From Asterias rubens (lineage: Eukaryota): a DNA stretch of 64,000 bases. Location of the stretch: the NCBI RefSeq assembly GCF_902459465.1, contig NC_047063.1:7254001-7318000 (forward strand). The letters are read 5' to 3'. The notes under the pieces are model-generated. The model ran no database searches. It was given only the letters and a program-made list of their open reading frames with translations, and was not told the origin of the DNA. A program made the position numbers and the translations under genes. The first letter of the stretch is position 1. Every line of letters starts with the position of its first letter. Positions 1-10,867 of the stretch are shown here, one piece after another.

Positions 1-119
1 ATTATATTACATCACTTCTTAAAACATTTTGGTAAAATTGCTTTTACATTGTGCACGTACAAAACAAAACTTGAAACAATTATTATGTTAAAGTTATCCT
101 GTGTGAACAAATCATTTTA

Positions 120-692
120 AAGTGTAGCAACGAGCAATGGGGAGCGGAAAATATTGTGAGAAACAGCTCCATCTGAAGTAACGAATAGTTTTTGAGAAAG
201 CGGTAGTTTCTCACTCAAATGAAGAAACAAAAATCTTCAGGCCTGGGGCCCTTTTAAGCATCTTAAAACACACAAAGTTGTCCAACAAGTGTAGTTTGTT
301 TTTTCTTCTCAATATTCTCTTGCAACTCCGATGACCAACTAAAGTCAAAATTGTCACAGGTTTATTATTTCATGCATTATCTTGGGACACACCAGGGCCC
401 AATTTCATGGCTCTGCTTACCGTAAGCACAGAATCGGCGCTTACGAAGCAGGGAATTCTGTGCTTACGGCAAGCGTATTTCATGAGATAGCGGCGAATTT
501 TGGCTTCTGAGCGTGCGTACTTCACATTACTAGGTATTCTACGCTTACAAGGCTAGCGCAGAAAGTCGGCGCTTGCACGTAAGCGGGGAATTGTGTTCGT
601 AAGCGCAGAATTCGGTGGTAAGCAGCGCCATGAAAATGGGCCCAGGTGGTGAGAATACTGGTCTTTGACAATTTCTAAGAACGCCAGTGCCT
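120..692. mobile_element. Kolobok-like non-autonomous element (family K1), 5'-degraded, interrupted by a Harbinger MITE
   Basis: Internal K1 motifs (gagcaatggggagc, attgtgagaaac, gagaatactggtctttgac) and right end gccagtgcct|TTAA at 692. Kolobok assignment rests on AG..CT termini plus TTAA flanks seen across the family. Confidence 0.7.
396..642. mobile_element. PIF/Harbinger-like MITE (family H1)
   Basis: TIRs GGCCCAATTTCATGGCTCTGCTTACC / GGTAAGCAGCGCCATGAAAATGGGCC flanked by CAG duplication (393-395, 643-645). Confidence 0.85.
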
Positions 693-977
693 TTAAACCA
701 TTATTAGCTACTGACTACATCAAAACGAAGAACTGCTATCAACAAAATGTGTTCACGGTGGATTGTCCCAATGGACAAGAGTTGCAGTCTGGAACATATC
801 CAAGAGATTATAAATTGTTTACCAATTGTGGTTACCAATTTTATTGATTACCAATTGTTTCTGAAATAGTAACTTTGATTGGCTGTTATTTTCCCGCTTC
901 TTTCTGGATCCCTCCTTAATCCCTTTCCCCTCTCTTTTTTTATAAAATGGATATGTATTTGTTTGTACTTGTTTTAT

Positions 978-1016
978 GCCTCTGAAGAAGGTCCGGTTTG
1001 AATCGAAAGCTAAGGC
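978..1016 (+). ncRNA. Minimal type I hammerhead ribozyme motif (Penelope-type)
   Basis: gcct-CTGAAGA-a-GGTCC ggttt GAATC-GAAA-GC-TA-aggc: stem I gcct/aggc, catalytic boxes, stem II with one mismatch, palindromic stem III (AGCT). Confidence 0.7.
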
Positions 1017-1364
1017 CAACTACCCTATTCATAATATAATACAAGTATTGTATTGTGTTGGCGTATTGATTGAAATAAGATCCTCTATAAGAGCATCATT
1101 TCTATTCAATTTGACAGAATGTATTTACCTAAAAGCTATAAGCAGGAAACTGAAATCGCATTTCATTCCTCATGTCTTACAGGATTACCCATCGCACGAA
1201 GTGGTTTTAAATATCAGACTGACACTCAAGACACATATTATAAGTCTGTTTGAGCAGTCCTGAGATCTTATCCACATGGGTGGCGTTCAATCTCTCTCTC
1301 AGGACAGGGCTTTTATTTATTTGTTTGATATGTAATTTTTATTTATTTTGCTGTTTTAACTTAA

Positions 1365-1742
1365 AGGCACTAGACACTACTGGTATTTCCTTAAAATTAC
1401 TTGGTAACGAGTAATGGAGAGCTGTTTATAGTATAAAAACAAAATAAGAAACAGCTCCCTCGAGTAACGCAGTTTTTAAAAAAGAAGTAAACTTCCACTA
1501 AAATTATTGAATTTGATGGGGAGACCTCACAGTTAGATTTTGAGGTCTTGAAATCAGCCGTCTGAAAACACACAACTTGTGCAATAATCGCGTTTTTTTT
1601 TTTACTTCGGTCCATTATTCTCTCTCAACTTCGACCTCCAATTGAGCTCAAATTTTCACAGGTTTGTTTTTTATGCATATATGTTGAGATACACCTAGTC
1701 AGAAGACTGGTCTTTGTCAATAACCAATAGTGTCCACTGCTT
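1365..1742. mobile_element. Kolobok-like MITE K1, full length
   Basis: TTAA|AGGCACTAGACAC ... GTGTCCACTGCTT|TTAA. Confidence 0.85.
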
Positions 1743-1779
1743 TTAAAGGGACCGTAGGGGCATAGTTGTCGAATAATTT

Positions 1780-4217
1780 GTAAGACATACCATTGTCATA
1801 ACTCGTGAAATCTCCCCACCAATTGTCTCTAACTTTGTTATTCTACCTGGATTATCAGACCATTATGCAGTCATGTGTAACTTGAGTCTGTGCAAGCCCA
1901 AAGTCCCAACCGTTACTATAAAGAGCCGACAATGGAAACATGTGAATCCTACCGAAGTGTTCCGTGACATAGGCTCCCATTTAGCAAATCTAGAAGTTGA
2001 TCACGACTGCTTGGATTTCTATGTCAGCCAATATGAGAGTACAGTCAGTGACATCTTGGATAAATACGCACCTTGGAAAACGAGATCAGTCAAGGTCCGA
2101 ACTGAAGTCTCCTGGTTCAATGATGATATTCGTACAGCGAGAAAGATCTGTCGTCAACTGGAGCGGAAGTGGCGGAAAAATGGCAAATTGGCGATTCAAC
2201 GACAAGAATATCGCAACCAATGTAACGTAGTTAGGAATTTGATCAACCAGGCAAAGATCATCCATTATTCATCTCAAGTACAAGAATCTTCAGGAGATCA
2301 AAAGAAGCTTTTCAAGATAATTGGTAAGTTGTTGCTCAAACCCAAAACCCCTGTCCTTCCATCCACTTACAATGACCAGGACTTAGCAAATGAGTTCCAG
2401 AAATTCTTTGTCACCAAGATTTCAGACATCCGCTCATCATTTTCATCAGTCCCTTACAACGTGTCGCAGACATTGCCACAACTTCAACCAGAGTGTAGAC
2501 TATCTGTGTTTGAGCCTGCGACTGTTGCTGAGATTCAAAGGGTTATTATGAAATCTCCTTCAAAATCCTGTGAGCTGGATCCAGTGTCAACATCCATGAT
2601 AAAGCAAAACATCGATATTTTTGTACCCTACATCACTAAGCTTGTAAACGAATCCCTCAGTTCCGGTTGTTTCCCCGATAGCCTCAAAGTTTCCTACATC
2701 AGGCCGCTCATCAAGAAACCAAACCTGGACAAGGAGATATTCAAAAACTACAGACCGGTTGCAAACTTAAAATATCTTGGAAAAGTCATCGAACGAGTAG
2801 TTTCATCACGTATTTCTGATCACATTCATACTTTCAACCTGTCCGACGTGTTCCAGTCAGCATACAAGCCTTTCCATGGGACCGAGGCTGCACTAGTCCG
2901 TGTGAGCAACGATATTCTCTCTGCAATGGACAATGGTAACCTTACAGCACTAGTCCTGCTAGACTTGAGTGCTGCTTTTGACACTGTCGATCACAACATC
3001 CTTCTCTCTCGGCTCCAGAATCACCTTGGCATAGAGGACACAGCCCTAGCATGGTGCAAATCGTATCTCTACAATAGAACTCAGCATGTATGTATTGGCA
3101 CCGCGATATCCGACCCTGTTGTTTTGAACTACTCTGTGCCACAGGGGTCGGTACTCGGCCCGCAGTGGTTTACGCTATACACTTTACCGATTCGTGACAT
3201 CATCCTGAAATTTAATCTGAATTACCATGTGTACGCAGACGACACTCAGCTATACATCACGTTTAAATCTTCTCAAGAAAACGCCAATGCATCTATTGCA
3301 AGACTTGAGAAATGGATCCAAGAGATTCGACGTTGGACACAACAAAACTTCCTGAAGTTAAATGATGATAAGACAGAGTTCCTTCTATTTGGGTCACGTC
3401 AACAGTTAACTAAGGTTTCAGTGCCATACATCTCCATCGGTGATGCTCGGATAGCTCCCTCGCTGAAAGCTCGGAACTTAGGGGTTATTTTTGATTCATC
3501 AATGACACTTCAGCCACACATCAACAACATTGTTCGTTTATCATCATATCACATCAGGAATATAGGTAAGATTCGCAAGTACTTGGACAAAAGTGCCACT
3601 GAAAAGGTCATTCACGCATTTGTTACTTCTCGTCTTGACAACGGCAATGCTCTTCTCTACAGTCTTCCTAACAACCAGATTTCCAGACTTCAACGGCTCC
3701 AAAATACTACTGCCCGCATTGTGACACTGTCTAGAAAATCGTGTTCTATCACCCCCATTCTGAAACAACTACACTGGCTCCCTATCTCTCAACGAATCAT
3801 CTTCAAGCTGATGCTCATTGTCCACAAAGCTCTTAATGGCAAGGCTCCCCATTATATTTCTGAACTGCTTCAAGTTTACACTCCATCAAGGAATCTTCGA
3901 TCAAGTTCTATGCTTCTCCTCATTAAACCCAAGTCTCGACACTCATGGGGTGACAGGTCTTTTTCTTCAGCCGCGCCACGCATCTGGAACTCTCTACCAC
4001 TTAATCTTCGATCTTGTCTTTGTACTGCAAAATTCAAGTCTCTTCTCAAAACTTATCTTATGTCACAGGTTTTCAATGACTAATTTTGTTGTGTCTGTTT
4101 TTCTTTGTGTTGTGTTTTGTTTTTGTTTTGTTTTTGGTTTTACTGCGCCTTGAACACCCAGCAGGGTGGATATGTGCGCATTACAAGTCTTATTATTATT
4201 ATTATTATTATTATTAT
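1780..4217 (+). mobile_element. L2/CR1-group LINE, 5'-truncated, young
   Basis: Open frame from 1777 includes the APE endonuclease C-terminus (VITRE...SDHYAVM), then the RT and the LHWLP C-terminus. 3' UTR has a GCGC-closed stem-loop and ends in a (TAT)n tail at about 4191-4217. Confidence 0.93.
1873..4083 (+). CDS. LINE ORF2 (reverse transcriptase portion), uninterrupted 736 aa
   Basis: RT motifs KNYRPVANL, QSAY, LLDLSAAFDTVDH, VPQGSVLGP, YADD. The annotated ATG is internal to the truncated ORF2. Confidence 0.9.
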   Translation: MCNLSLCKPKVPTVTIKSRQWKHVNPTEVFRDIGSHLANLEVDHDCLDFYVSQYESTVSDILDKYAPWKTRSVKVRTEVSWFNDDIRTARKICRQLERKWRKNGKLAIQRQEYRNQCNVVRNLINQAKIIHYSSQVQESSGDQKKLFKIIGKLLLKPKTPVLPSTYNDQDLANEFQKFFVTKISDIRSSFSSVPYNVSQTLPQLQPECRLSVFEPATVAEIQRVIMKSPSKSCELDPVSTSMIKQNIDIFVPYITKLVNESLSSGCFPDSLKVSYIRPLIKKPNLDKEIFKNYRPVANLKYLGKVIERVVSSRISDHIHTFNLSDVFQSAYKPFHGTEAALVRVSNDILSAMDNGNLTALVLLDLSAAFDTVDHNILLSRLQNHLGIEDTALAWCKSYLYNRTQHVCIGTAISDPVVLNYSVPQGSVLGPQWFTLYTLPIRDIILKFNLNYHVYADDTQLYITFKSSQENANASIARLEKWIQEIRRWTQQNFLKLNDDKTEFLLFGSRQQLTKVSVPYISIGDARIAPSLKARNLGVIFDSSMTLQPHINNIVRLSSYHIRNIGKIRKYLDKSATEKVIHAFVTSRLDNGNALLYSLPNNQISRLQRLQNTTARIVTLSRKSCSITPILKQLHWLPISQRIIFKLMLIVHKALNGKAPHYISELLQVYTPSRNLRSSSMLLLIKPKSRHSWGDRSFSSAAPRIWNSLPLNLRSCLCTAKFKSLLKTYLMSQVFND

Positions 4218-4389
4218 AAAGTAAACGATGACGTAGACTTTTCTTGTTACGGGCGATGCGGGCGCTGTCGGTGAGTTGGCGGCGCTGTGTGTGAAATAAT
4301 TCGGAAAACGAGAACGTGTTGCGCCAAGACTATACGCGCACGGACGGAACCGGAATCAGTTTGGAAATAGGCGTCTCAGTCTTAACAAT

Positions 4390-4593
4390 AGGGACTTTTC
4401 GTTTTCGACGACGGATGGTTCTGCGACGGTAAAGATGACATTTGGCGTCATCTGCGCATGCGTCGGCTTTGAGGACGGTCGTCCCTCAATTTCTACGACA
4501 GTACTTGGGATGAATCTTCGTTGTGCTGAAAACGACAACGTTTAGCTGAACAACCGTCGCAGAACCATCCGTCATCGAAAAAGAAAAGTCCCT
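4390..4593. mobile_element. Harbinger-like MITE, 204 bp
   Basis: TIRs AGGGACTTTTCGTTTTCGACGACGGATGGTTCTGCGACGGT / ACCGTCGCAGAACCATCCGTCATCGAAAAAGAAAAGTCCCT with a 3-bp AAT duplication (4387-89, 4594-96). Confidence 0.8.
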
Positions 4594-4734
4594 AATGCAA
4601 CACACTGACGTCGTACATCATACAGAGCTCAAGCACGTCGGAAACGGATAAGTTTTACAGAATGTCTTACTTTATTACGCCTTCTAACCAAAAAGGCATT
4701 TATAAATGGGAATAAAAGAGGAGTGACTCGTTCT

Positions 4735-4850
4735 TTAACAGCCGTTTAAAACCTTGCAGGGTCGTTGCCGTGTGATGAAGGCCCTCACCTTCGGCTCGGG
4801 CCTGTATGACACGGCAACGACCCTGTCTGTTTTAAACAGCCGTGAAATAA
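4735..4850. repeat. Palindromic (hairpin) interspersed element
   Basis: Arms cagggtcgttgccgtgt / acacggcaacgaccctg around ggccctcaccttcggctcgggcc. A similar architecture occurs at about 39380-39540. Confidence 0.55.
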
Positions 4851-4958
4851 CTCGTCGCTAACCTTCCATTCCCGTATTAAACCGTAGGAAAGTATTGGAA
4901 ACAGTTTGCTGAGCGATTAATGGATGACACACGAAAAGGGTGCAGGCAAAAACACCAG

Positions 4959-5762
4959 GGCCCAATTTCATGGCTCTGCTTACCGCCGAATTCTGCACTT
5001 AAGATCACCATTCTCCGCTTACGTGCAAGCACCGAATTCCTGCGCTACCTATGTAAGACCAAAAAATCTCCGACTAGGCTCTGTCAAGTTTAGGGTCCGG
5101 TATCATCCAAAATCACGTGACCAAAAAGGAGGAATTCCTCCTTTTTCGAAGTTATCCGAAATGTTCCGAACGTGTTGTCGTCAACATTCGGACAGTATCG
5201 TTGATGGTCGGTATGGAATCATAATGTCAGTCCTGTCGGCCGTAGACCCAGGAGTTGTTATTTAAATTGCCAATTCCGGCGTTGTGCTTATATAAAGCGT
5301 TTGCAAAGCGATGCGACAAGTTCAAAATATAATTATTTTTAGAGTGGTAAAAATGGGGCATATCTGGTGACTAGCTGTCGAAATTATACGTGTTTAACCA
5401 GTTTGTCATCAAAAGACTCTCGTAACCCTCCGGCCTGGCGGCCGTCGGGAGGAGGGTTACATTATCGCAACTAGTGCAGACATGGTTTCCCTGGAGATGA
5501 CCCCCGACCCTGACAAATTGCGTCATGCTCTAGTTTTAACCGTGGGTGATACCTGACCTAAGACTTTTAACGAGAGACGTCAAGGAATCTTTGGTCAGGG
5601 GACCAGACTAAGCGTAGGATGCCTAGCAACGTCGAGTACGCAAGCGCAGAAGCCCAGATCCCCCGCTAACCCTTGAAATACGTTTGACGTAAAGCACATA
5701 ATTTCCCACTTCTAAAAGTGCCGATTCTGTGCTTACGGTAAGCAGAGCCATGAAACTGGGCC
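4959..5762. mobile_element. Harbinger-like MITE H1 with nested insertions
   Basis: Same TIRs as 396-642 in opposite orientation, CAG duplication at 4956-58 and 5763-65. About 550 bp of unrelated sequence lies inside. Confidence 0.8.
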
Positions 5763-5947
5763 CAGGTTGTGATGTGTTTTTAAAATGTCATTGTTTAAAG
5801 GTTAACGACGTCCATAAATTTACAAACATTGAAACTCCTAATAGTTCCTACCACACCATCTAATATTTAACAGTATTCTCTGTGCATTTACCAACAAGTT
5901 TTACATCCAGGCCAAAGAGACTTCTTTACAAGCCTCTTGAGTCCTTA

Positions 5948-6775
5948 TGCTACTTTCACACTAGGGAGAATATGCTAGCAAATGGGCTTACGAACGGAAA
6001 CATTGAACAGTCGCTCAAACTTCGCCACATTCGCCACAAATTCACTACGTTCACAAGTCATTCTCCACCTCTTTACGAAGATCGGTCACTTTATGCTGCT
6101 CTCACACGGCGAGTATGTTAGCGAATATGCTATCGGAAGGAAATATTTGACAATCGCTCAAGCTTCGCAACATTCGCCGTGTCTTCGTTAGCGTTGGTAA
6201 CAAATTCGGAAACTGCACAAATTATTCCCCACCTCCTTACGAAGATCGCTCAATTTACAAACCGGTTTGTAAACTTCAGCGAATGTTGCGAAGACGGTCA
6301 TTCGGCGTGATTTTCGTAAGCATTGGTAACGTTGGTAAAGCGTGCGTAGGGGTTTGCAACGTTCGTAAAGGCATTGGCAAGCGTTGGTAAGCATTCGTAA
6401 TATATTCGATAGATATTGGTAAGGAGAGGGCCGACCGAGGACGATCGAGGGGTGAGACCGAGATGAAAATATTCACTATCCAACCGCCATTTTGGAATTC
6501 AACGCGAAATTCAAATATTCATGTTCGCAGTACGAAGCACTTCCGTACATTCAGCGAATGTTGAAAAGACGGTAATTCGCCATCGATTTGCGTAAGCAAT
6601 TGGTAAGCCATTGGTAATGTTGGTAAAGCGTGCGTATTATGCGAATATATTGGTAGGGAGGGGTTTAGGGACGACCGAGAACATATTCACTATCAAATCG
6701 CAACATTTGGGCGAATTCATCGCGAATTTCAAACATTCATATTCGCAAGATATTCGCCCAAGTGTGAGAGTAGCA
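5948..6775. mobile_element. MITE with GCTAC-TCACACT termini (Harbinger-like), internally repetitive
   Basis: TIRs TGCTACTTTCACACTAGGGAGAATAT / ATATTCGCCCAAGTGTGAGAGTAGCA. Flanks are TTA/TAA, so the TSD is ambiguous. Confidence 0.7.
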
Positions 6776-7643
6776 TAAAGTTGCCCAACAGCTGAATTTT
6801 TTTTCTAATAAGCTAAGATCTTAGGGGCGAAAGGGCCAATATGCCAGGCCGGATACCACACCATCCGATGTTTAAATAGTATGTGCGTTTCCCAATAAAT
6901 TGTACATCTATTGTTGTGACTCCTTTACTTGCCCAACTATTTTCTAGGATTAGCTACTCAGTAATTGACTCGAATCATCTAAGCTCAAGGGCTTGTCAAT
7001 ACCAAGACTTCATCAAAAAGTGCGAAAAGGTGAATATTTACATACCACACCATCCAAGATATATAGTGAAAAATACCAAAACAAACTTCTGGGATCTGCA
7101 TCCCCCGTCTTATAGACTGGCCTTAGTGGAATAATCCATTCTAGGATACCAAGAAATATGATTCTCCATACAATGCACTTTAGAGAAATTACTTAAATGG
7201 TGATTATGTGATATGAAAACAAAACTCTGCGATCTACCCCAGCTTCCTAGATGGAATGTTCCATTCGAAGACAGGGAATATGTCTCCCCATTCATTACAC
7301 ATAGAGAATGTGACTTAATTGGTGATTATGTCGTCTGCCCCCACCTTCGTATGAGGAACGTTCCATTCTAGGATATCAGGACACATGACTCCCCTGGTCA
7401 TTACACATTGGACAAATTGCTTATAAGTGATAATTTGGTATGAATTATTAGCCCTTTGGCTGAGTGTATAGGTAAATATTACTTCATGGCTGTCTATTTT
7501 CAAGTCTACAGTTCACAATGGTTGATATAACACATGGGCCTACAACTCCCGGTGTTCGATTTACGTAAAATGATCGTTATCATTTAAGTTATTACCCCCA
7601 CATTTGTGTAAATAAATCATCAGTAGTTGAACCATACCGGATG

Positions 7644-7763
7644 AAAATATCTGACGTAATCCATTACGAAATTACCGTCGAATATATTATAGACCGGTCA
7701 CTTCTTGGAAGTTTAAGTTGACGTGTGTAAGATGTGCTCCCCACTTCATCTCCACACCGATGC
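7644..7763 (-). pseudogene. Collapsed GPCR relic (two short coding fragments)
   Basis: 7644-7671 is identical to the helix-8 sequence aaaatatctgacgtaatccattacgaaa of GPCR-1/-3. 7735-7763 matches the ICL3 sequence of GPCR-2/-4 at 27/29. Confidence 0.6.
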
Positions 7764-7800
7764 AACTTGTGTATTTACCCCTTTAAGAGTAATCAATGTA

Positions 7801-8793
7801 TTACCCAGTACCGGACGTTATAGCGCTGATATCATTGGCGTCATTCCGTTTCCTGCAAAATATCTGACGTAATCCATTACGAAACTGACGGTAATTGAAA
7901 GCGTAAATCATCGGGTTGACGCAAGAGTTTGTGGCAACCATCGCGACGGAGAGATAATAAAACCATTCCTTAAGTGTTATGTCCAGACCAAGATTAAACA
8001 TGAGAAAGATGACCTGGTTGGGTGTCCAGCAGATCAAGAACGTGATGAAAACGATCAGAAGCATCTTGAAGGTGTTACGTCTTGCCCGGAGGAGGGACTC
8101 GGCCATGTCCGGTGCGTTTACTCCACCTGGGAGATGCTGCGCTGGTGCCGGGCCGACACGGGCTGCTCCCCGCTTCATCTCTACACTGATTTGAATATAA
8201 GCAAAGAGCATCACCGCTACAGGCAAGATGTACTGCACTGTGGCCACAATTACTCCTATTATCTTCGCTCCTGGTATAGCAACCGTAACACACACCCCAT
8301 TTTGCTCCTCAAATATTATAAGATTATAGTACTTGACGATGAGAGCAAAAATCCAACACATGGCCATGGCCACACCGACTTTGAGCTTGGGCCTAGTGGC
8401 GAATAATGCCTGGTACTTGAAGGGGTAAACGATGGCGTAATACCGCTCCATGGTTAACACCAACAGGTTGAAAGTCGACATCACGGAGAAGAAGAAGAAG
8501 ATGAAAATAACCCAGACATGACAGATGAATCGCCCCAGAGCATTGCTTGGGATGGGCTCTGGAAGTGGAGCTTCACTTTTCAGAAGAATCACCGTAGAGC
8601 CCAAGAAATCAATGACGGCTTGATGAAAGATGAAGGCGTTTGTACGATTCTGCATTGATCGTACTTTGAAGATGACGAAGCAAACTAAACCATTGCCAAG
8701 GATTCCAATAATGCCAACTATGTCTTGGTAGATACGCAAAAGTAGAATGTCTTCCATGGTTTTTGTCAAATAACTGCAACTAAGGTAGCGCAA
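7801..8793 (-). CDS. Intronless class A GPCR (GPCR-1), galanin/allatostatin-receptor-like orphan, putative chemoreceptor
   Basis: Seven hydrophobic segments, TM1 GILGN, TM3 MERY, TM6 CWTP, TM7 NPMIY, TM3/ECL2 cysteines. By comparison with the paralogs the true start may be the second Met (MEDILLL, 8757). Confidence 0.93.
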   Translation of the reverse strand: MRYLSCSYLTKTMEDILLLRIYQDIVGIIGILGNGLVCFVIFKVRSMQNRTNAFIFHQAVIDFLGSTVILLKSEAPLPEPIPSNALGRFICHVWVIFIFFFFSVMSTFNLLVLTMERYYAIVYPFKYQALFATRPKLKVGVAMAMCWIFALIVKYYNLIIFEEQNGVCVTVAIPGAKIIGVIVATVQYILPVAVMLFAYIQISVEMKRGAARVGPAPAQHLPGGVNAPDMAESLLRARRNTFKMLLIVFITFLICWTPNQVIFLMFNLGLDITLKEWFYYLSVAMVATNSCVNPMIYAFNYRQFRNGLRQIFCRKRNDANDISAITSGTG

Positions 8794-10867
8794 AGTATAT
8801 AGCAGATGTTTGTAGCTTCACTTCTTAGCCATTATTTAAAAAGGAATGATCGACAGGTGCAGTTCCTTATAAACATCGCGGCGAGGTCACCGATTCACAC
8901 ACACAATTAATCTGTCAAGAATCAAAAACTAAATTAAATGAACGTTGAGGTCGCCCTTTTAATATGGAAACTTGAAAATCTGAGCCATTGTGCATGGTTT
9001 CCAAATCAGATTACTCAACTTGACTAACGTTGCAGCCGTCCCTGCTTGAGTTAATGCAACGACTGACAAAGAAGGGTTTGCTGTCTTTCAAGCCTTTAGA
9101 TGAAATATGGCTCTTAAAAGTGATATCATCTCGAAGAAGCCTTTATATTCCCACGACTGTGTATGTTTTGAAAAGAAACCTCAGTTCCTGCTTCAAGGTA
9201 ACTACAAACTGGCATATGCGATATTACAATCAAAACAATTGCGTCGTGCCTTTTATGTAATTCATCCATACTGTTGTGCGTGTTTACCTTGAACATGGTT
9301 TACCTTGAAGTAAAATTAGGGTCGAGCTTTGGTTTTTGAAACAGGAAGTTAAAGACACACTGCGGCGTTCATGTCAGTCTTCAACTTTCAAGGACTTGTA
9401 AGCGAAAAATAGACTAATACTCTTCTACTTGATTGGATAAGAGTTACTACGCGAAAGTTTCCCTTGAATTACAAGCGCTGTTTTTTAAACAGGATGTTAA
9501 ATATGCACACTACAGCGTTTACTATACCATATGACCATAAATGTTGAAGCAATAAATGTAACTAGACTTTAGGTGTTTGTGAACAAACACAAAGCTGTTC
9601 CGTGTTCTTTTGCTTGGATTATGAGCTAAAATGACCAAGGAGTCTATCATTGAAAAAAAGAAGAAAATGCTGAATGAGTTATAGTGCCACTTCCGGTTGA
9701 CCCGGAAGTAAAGGTCGACATGGGGTCATGGTAACCTAAGGCTAATCTCCAATACCCAAGGAGTCTCTAACTGAGAACAGTTTGAAAATCGATATTGCCA
9801 CACTTTGGGTTGACCTGGAAGTAGAGGTCAACTTGAGGTCACGGTGTTTCAAAATTAATCTCCAATCCCCAAGGAGTCTTTAACTACAGTCTAAAAAACG
9901 GCAGTTTACTTCTTGAGATATGGTGCTACAAAGATTTCCCAATTAAATATGCAAATATGGGTCACGTGGTTAATTAAGTACGATTTTTAACATTTTTTGG
10001 GGTCGGTGGTTTGATGTTTGATCTAGTACTATTTGATTTCACAGAACTCTTAACCACCAAACTCTGCGCTTATGATCACCATTTTCCGCTTACTGTGTTT
10101 TTCAAACATCATCGTGTCATGCATGCACACATGTTATGTTGGGCTAACAATTGAGAAAAAGAAAAGGCAACACTATCAATATAAAGATAAGAATCTAACT
10201 TAAATATTACAAAAAGAAATATTTTTTTAGTTTTGGGGGATAACAAAAATATTGTTCCCGTGCGTAGATACGAACTCGCTTGTATCAGTGAAGTTAGCGC
10301 GACTGATGACCACTAGGCTATGAGGGCCAATGCATTACTCGTGGGCTTACATGTATGTATATCAACAGAGGGGATTATGATCCGGTGAAATAATTCTCGT
10401 GTCATGATTTTGCGAACATTGTCACTAAATATGAACTGCTAACGCCTTCAACTATTAAGTAGGGTTGAAATGTAGTATTAGATGCCTTTAGGGGTTTTTG
10501 ACGAGGACGTCAGAATGAGATATTAGAAACTTTATCTTTTAGTTCATCCGAACTATTGTGTTGAAGAATTCCATCAATACACGCCAGTTTGACAAAACAG
10601 CAATAACAACCAACCACGTTAACCTCGCAGGCGAAAAAAAGCGTAGATTCGGAGAAAGGTAACTCAATCGACCTATAGAACAACGGACGTTAATAACTAC
10701 ATCCGACGAGGTTTCTCACACGAATGCATCATGGAGGAAAGCTTGTGCATCTTTGACACAATGTGATAAAAATAAACTACTCTGGACAAACCTAGCTACT
10801 TCTGATTATCTCTTGACACTGGAGTTCCGTAGCGCGGAAACACGCATCCAAAAGTAATGCGACTTAA

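Noticed and set aside
1997-4274. Small ORFs overlapping the LINEs (1997, 2942, 3544, 3818, 4086 and their twins near 10925-12687)
   Set aside because: Alternative frames of the retroelement, duplicated with it.
7130-7440. Three degenerate ~120-bp repeats as zinc-finger coding remnants
   Set aside because: No C2H2 spacing or linker in any frame I translated; left as an unexplained weak tandem repeat.
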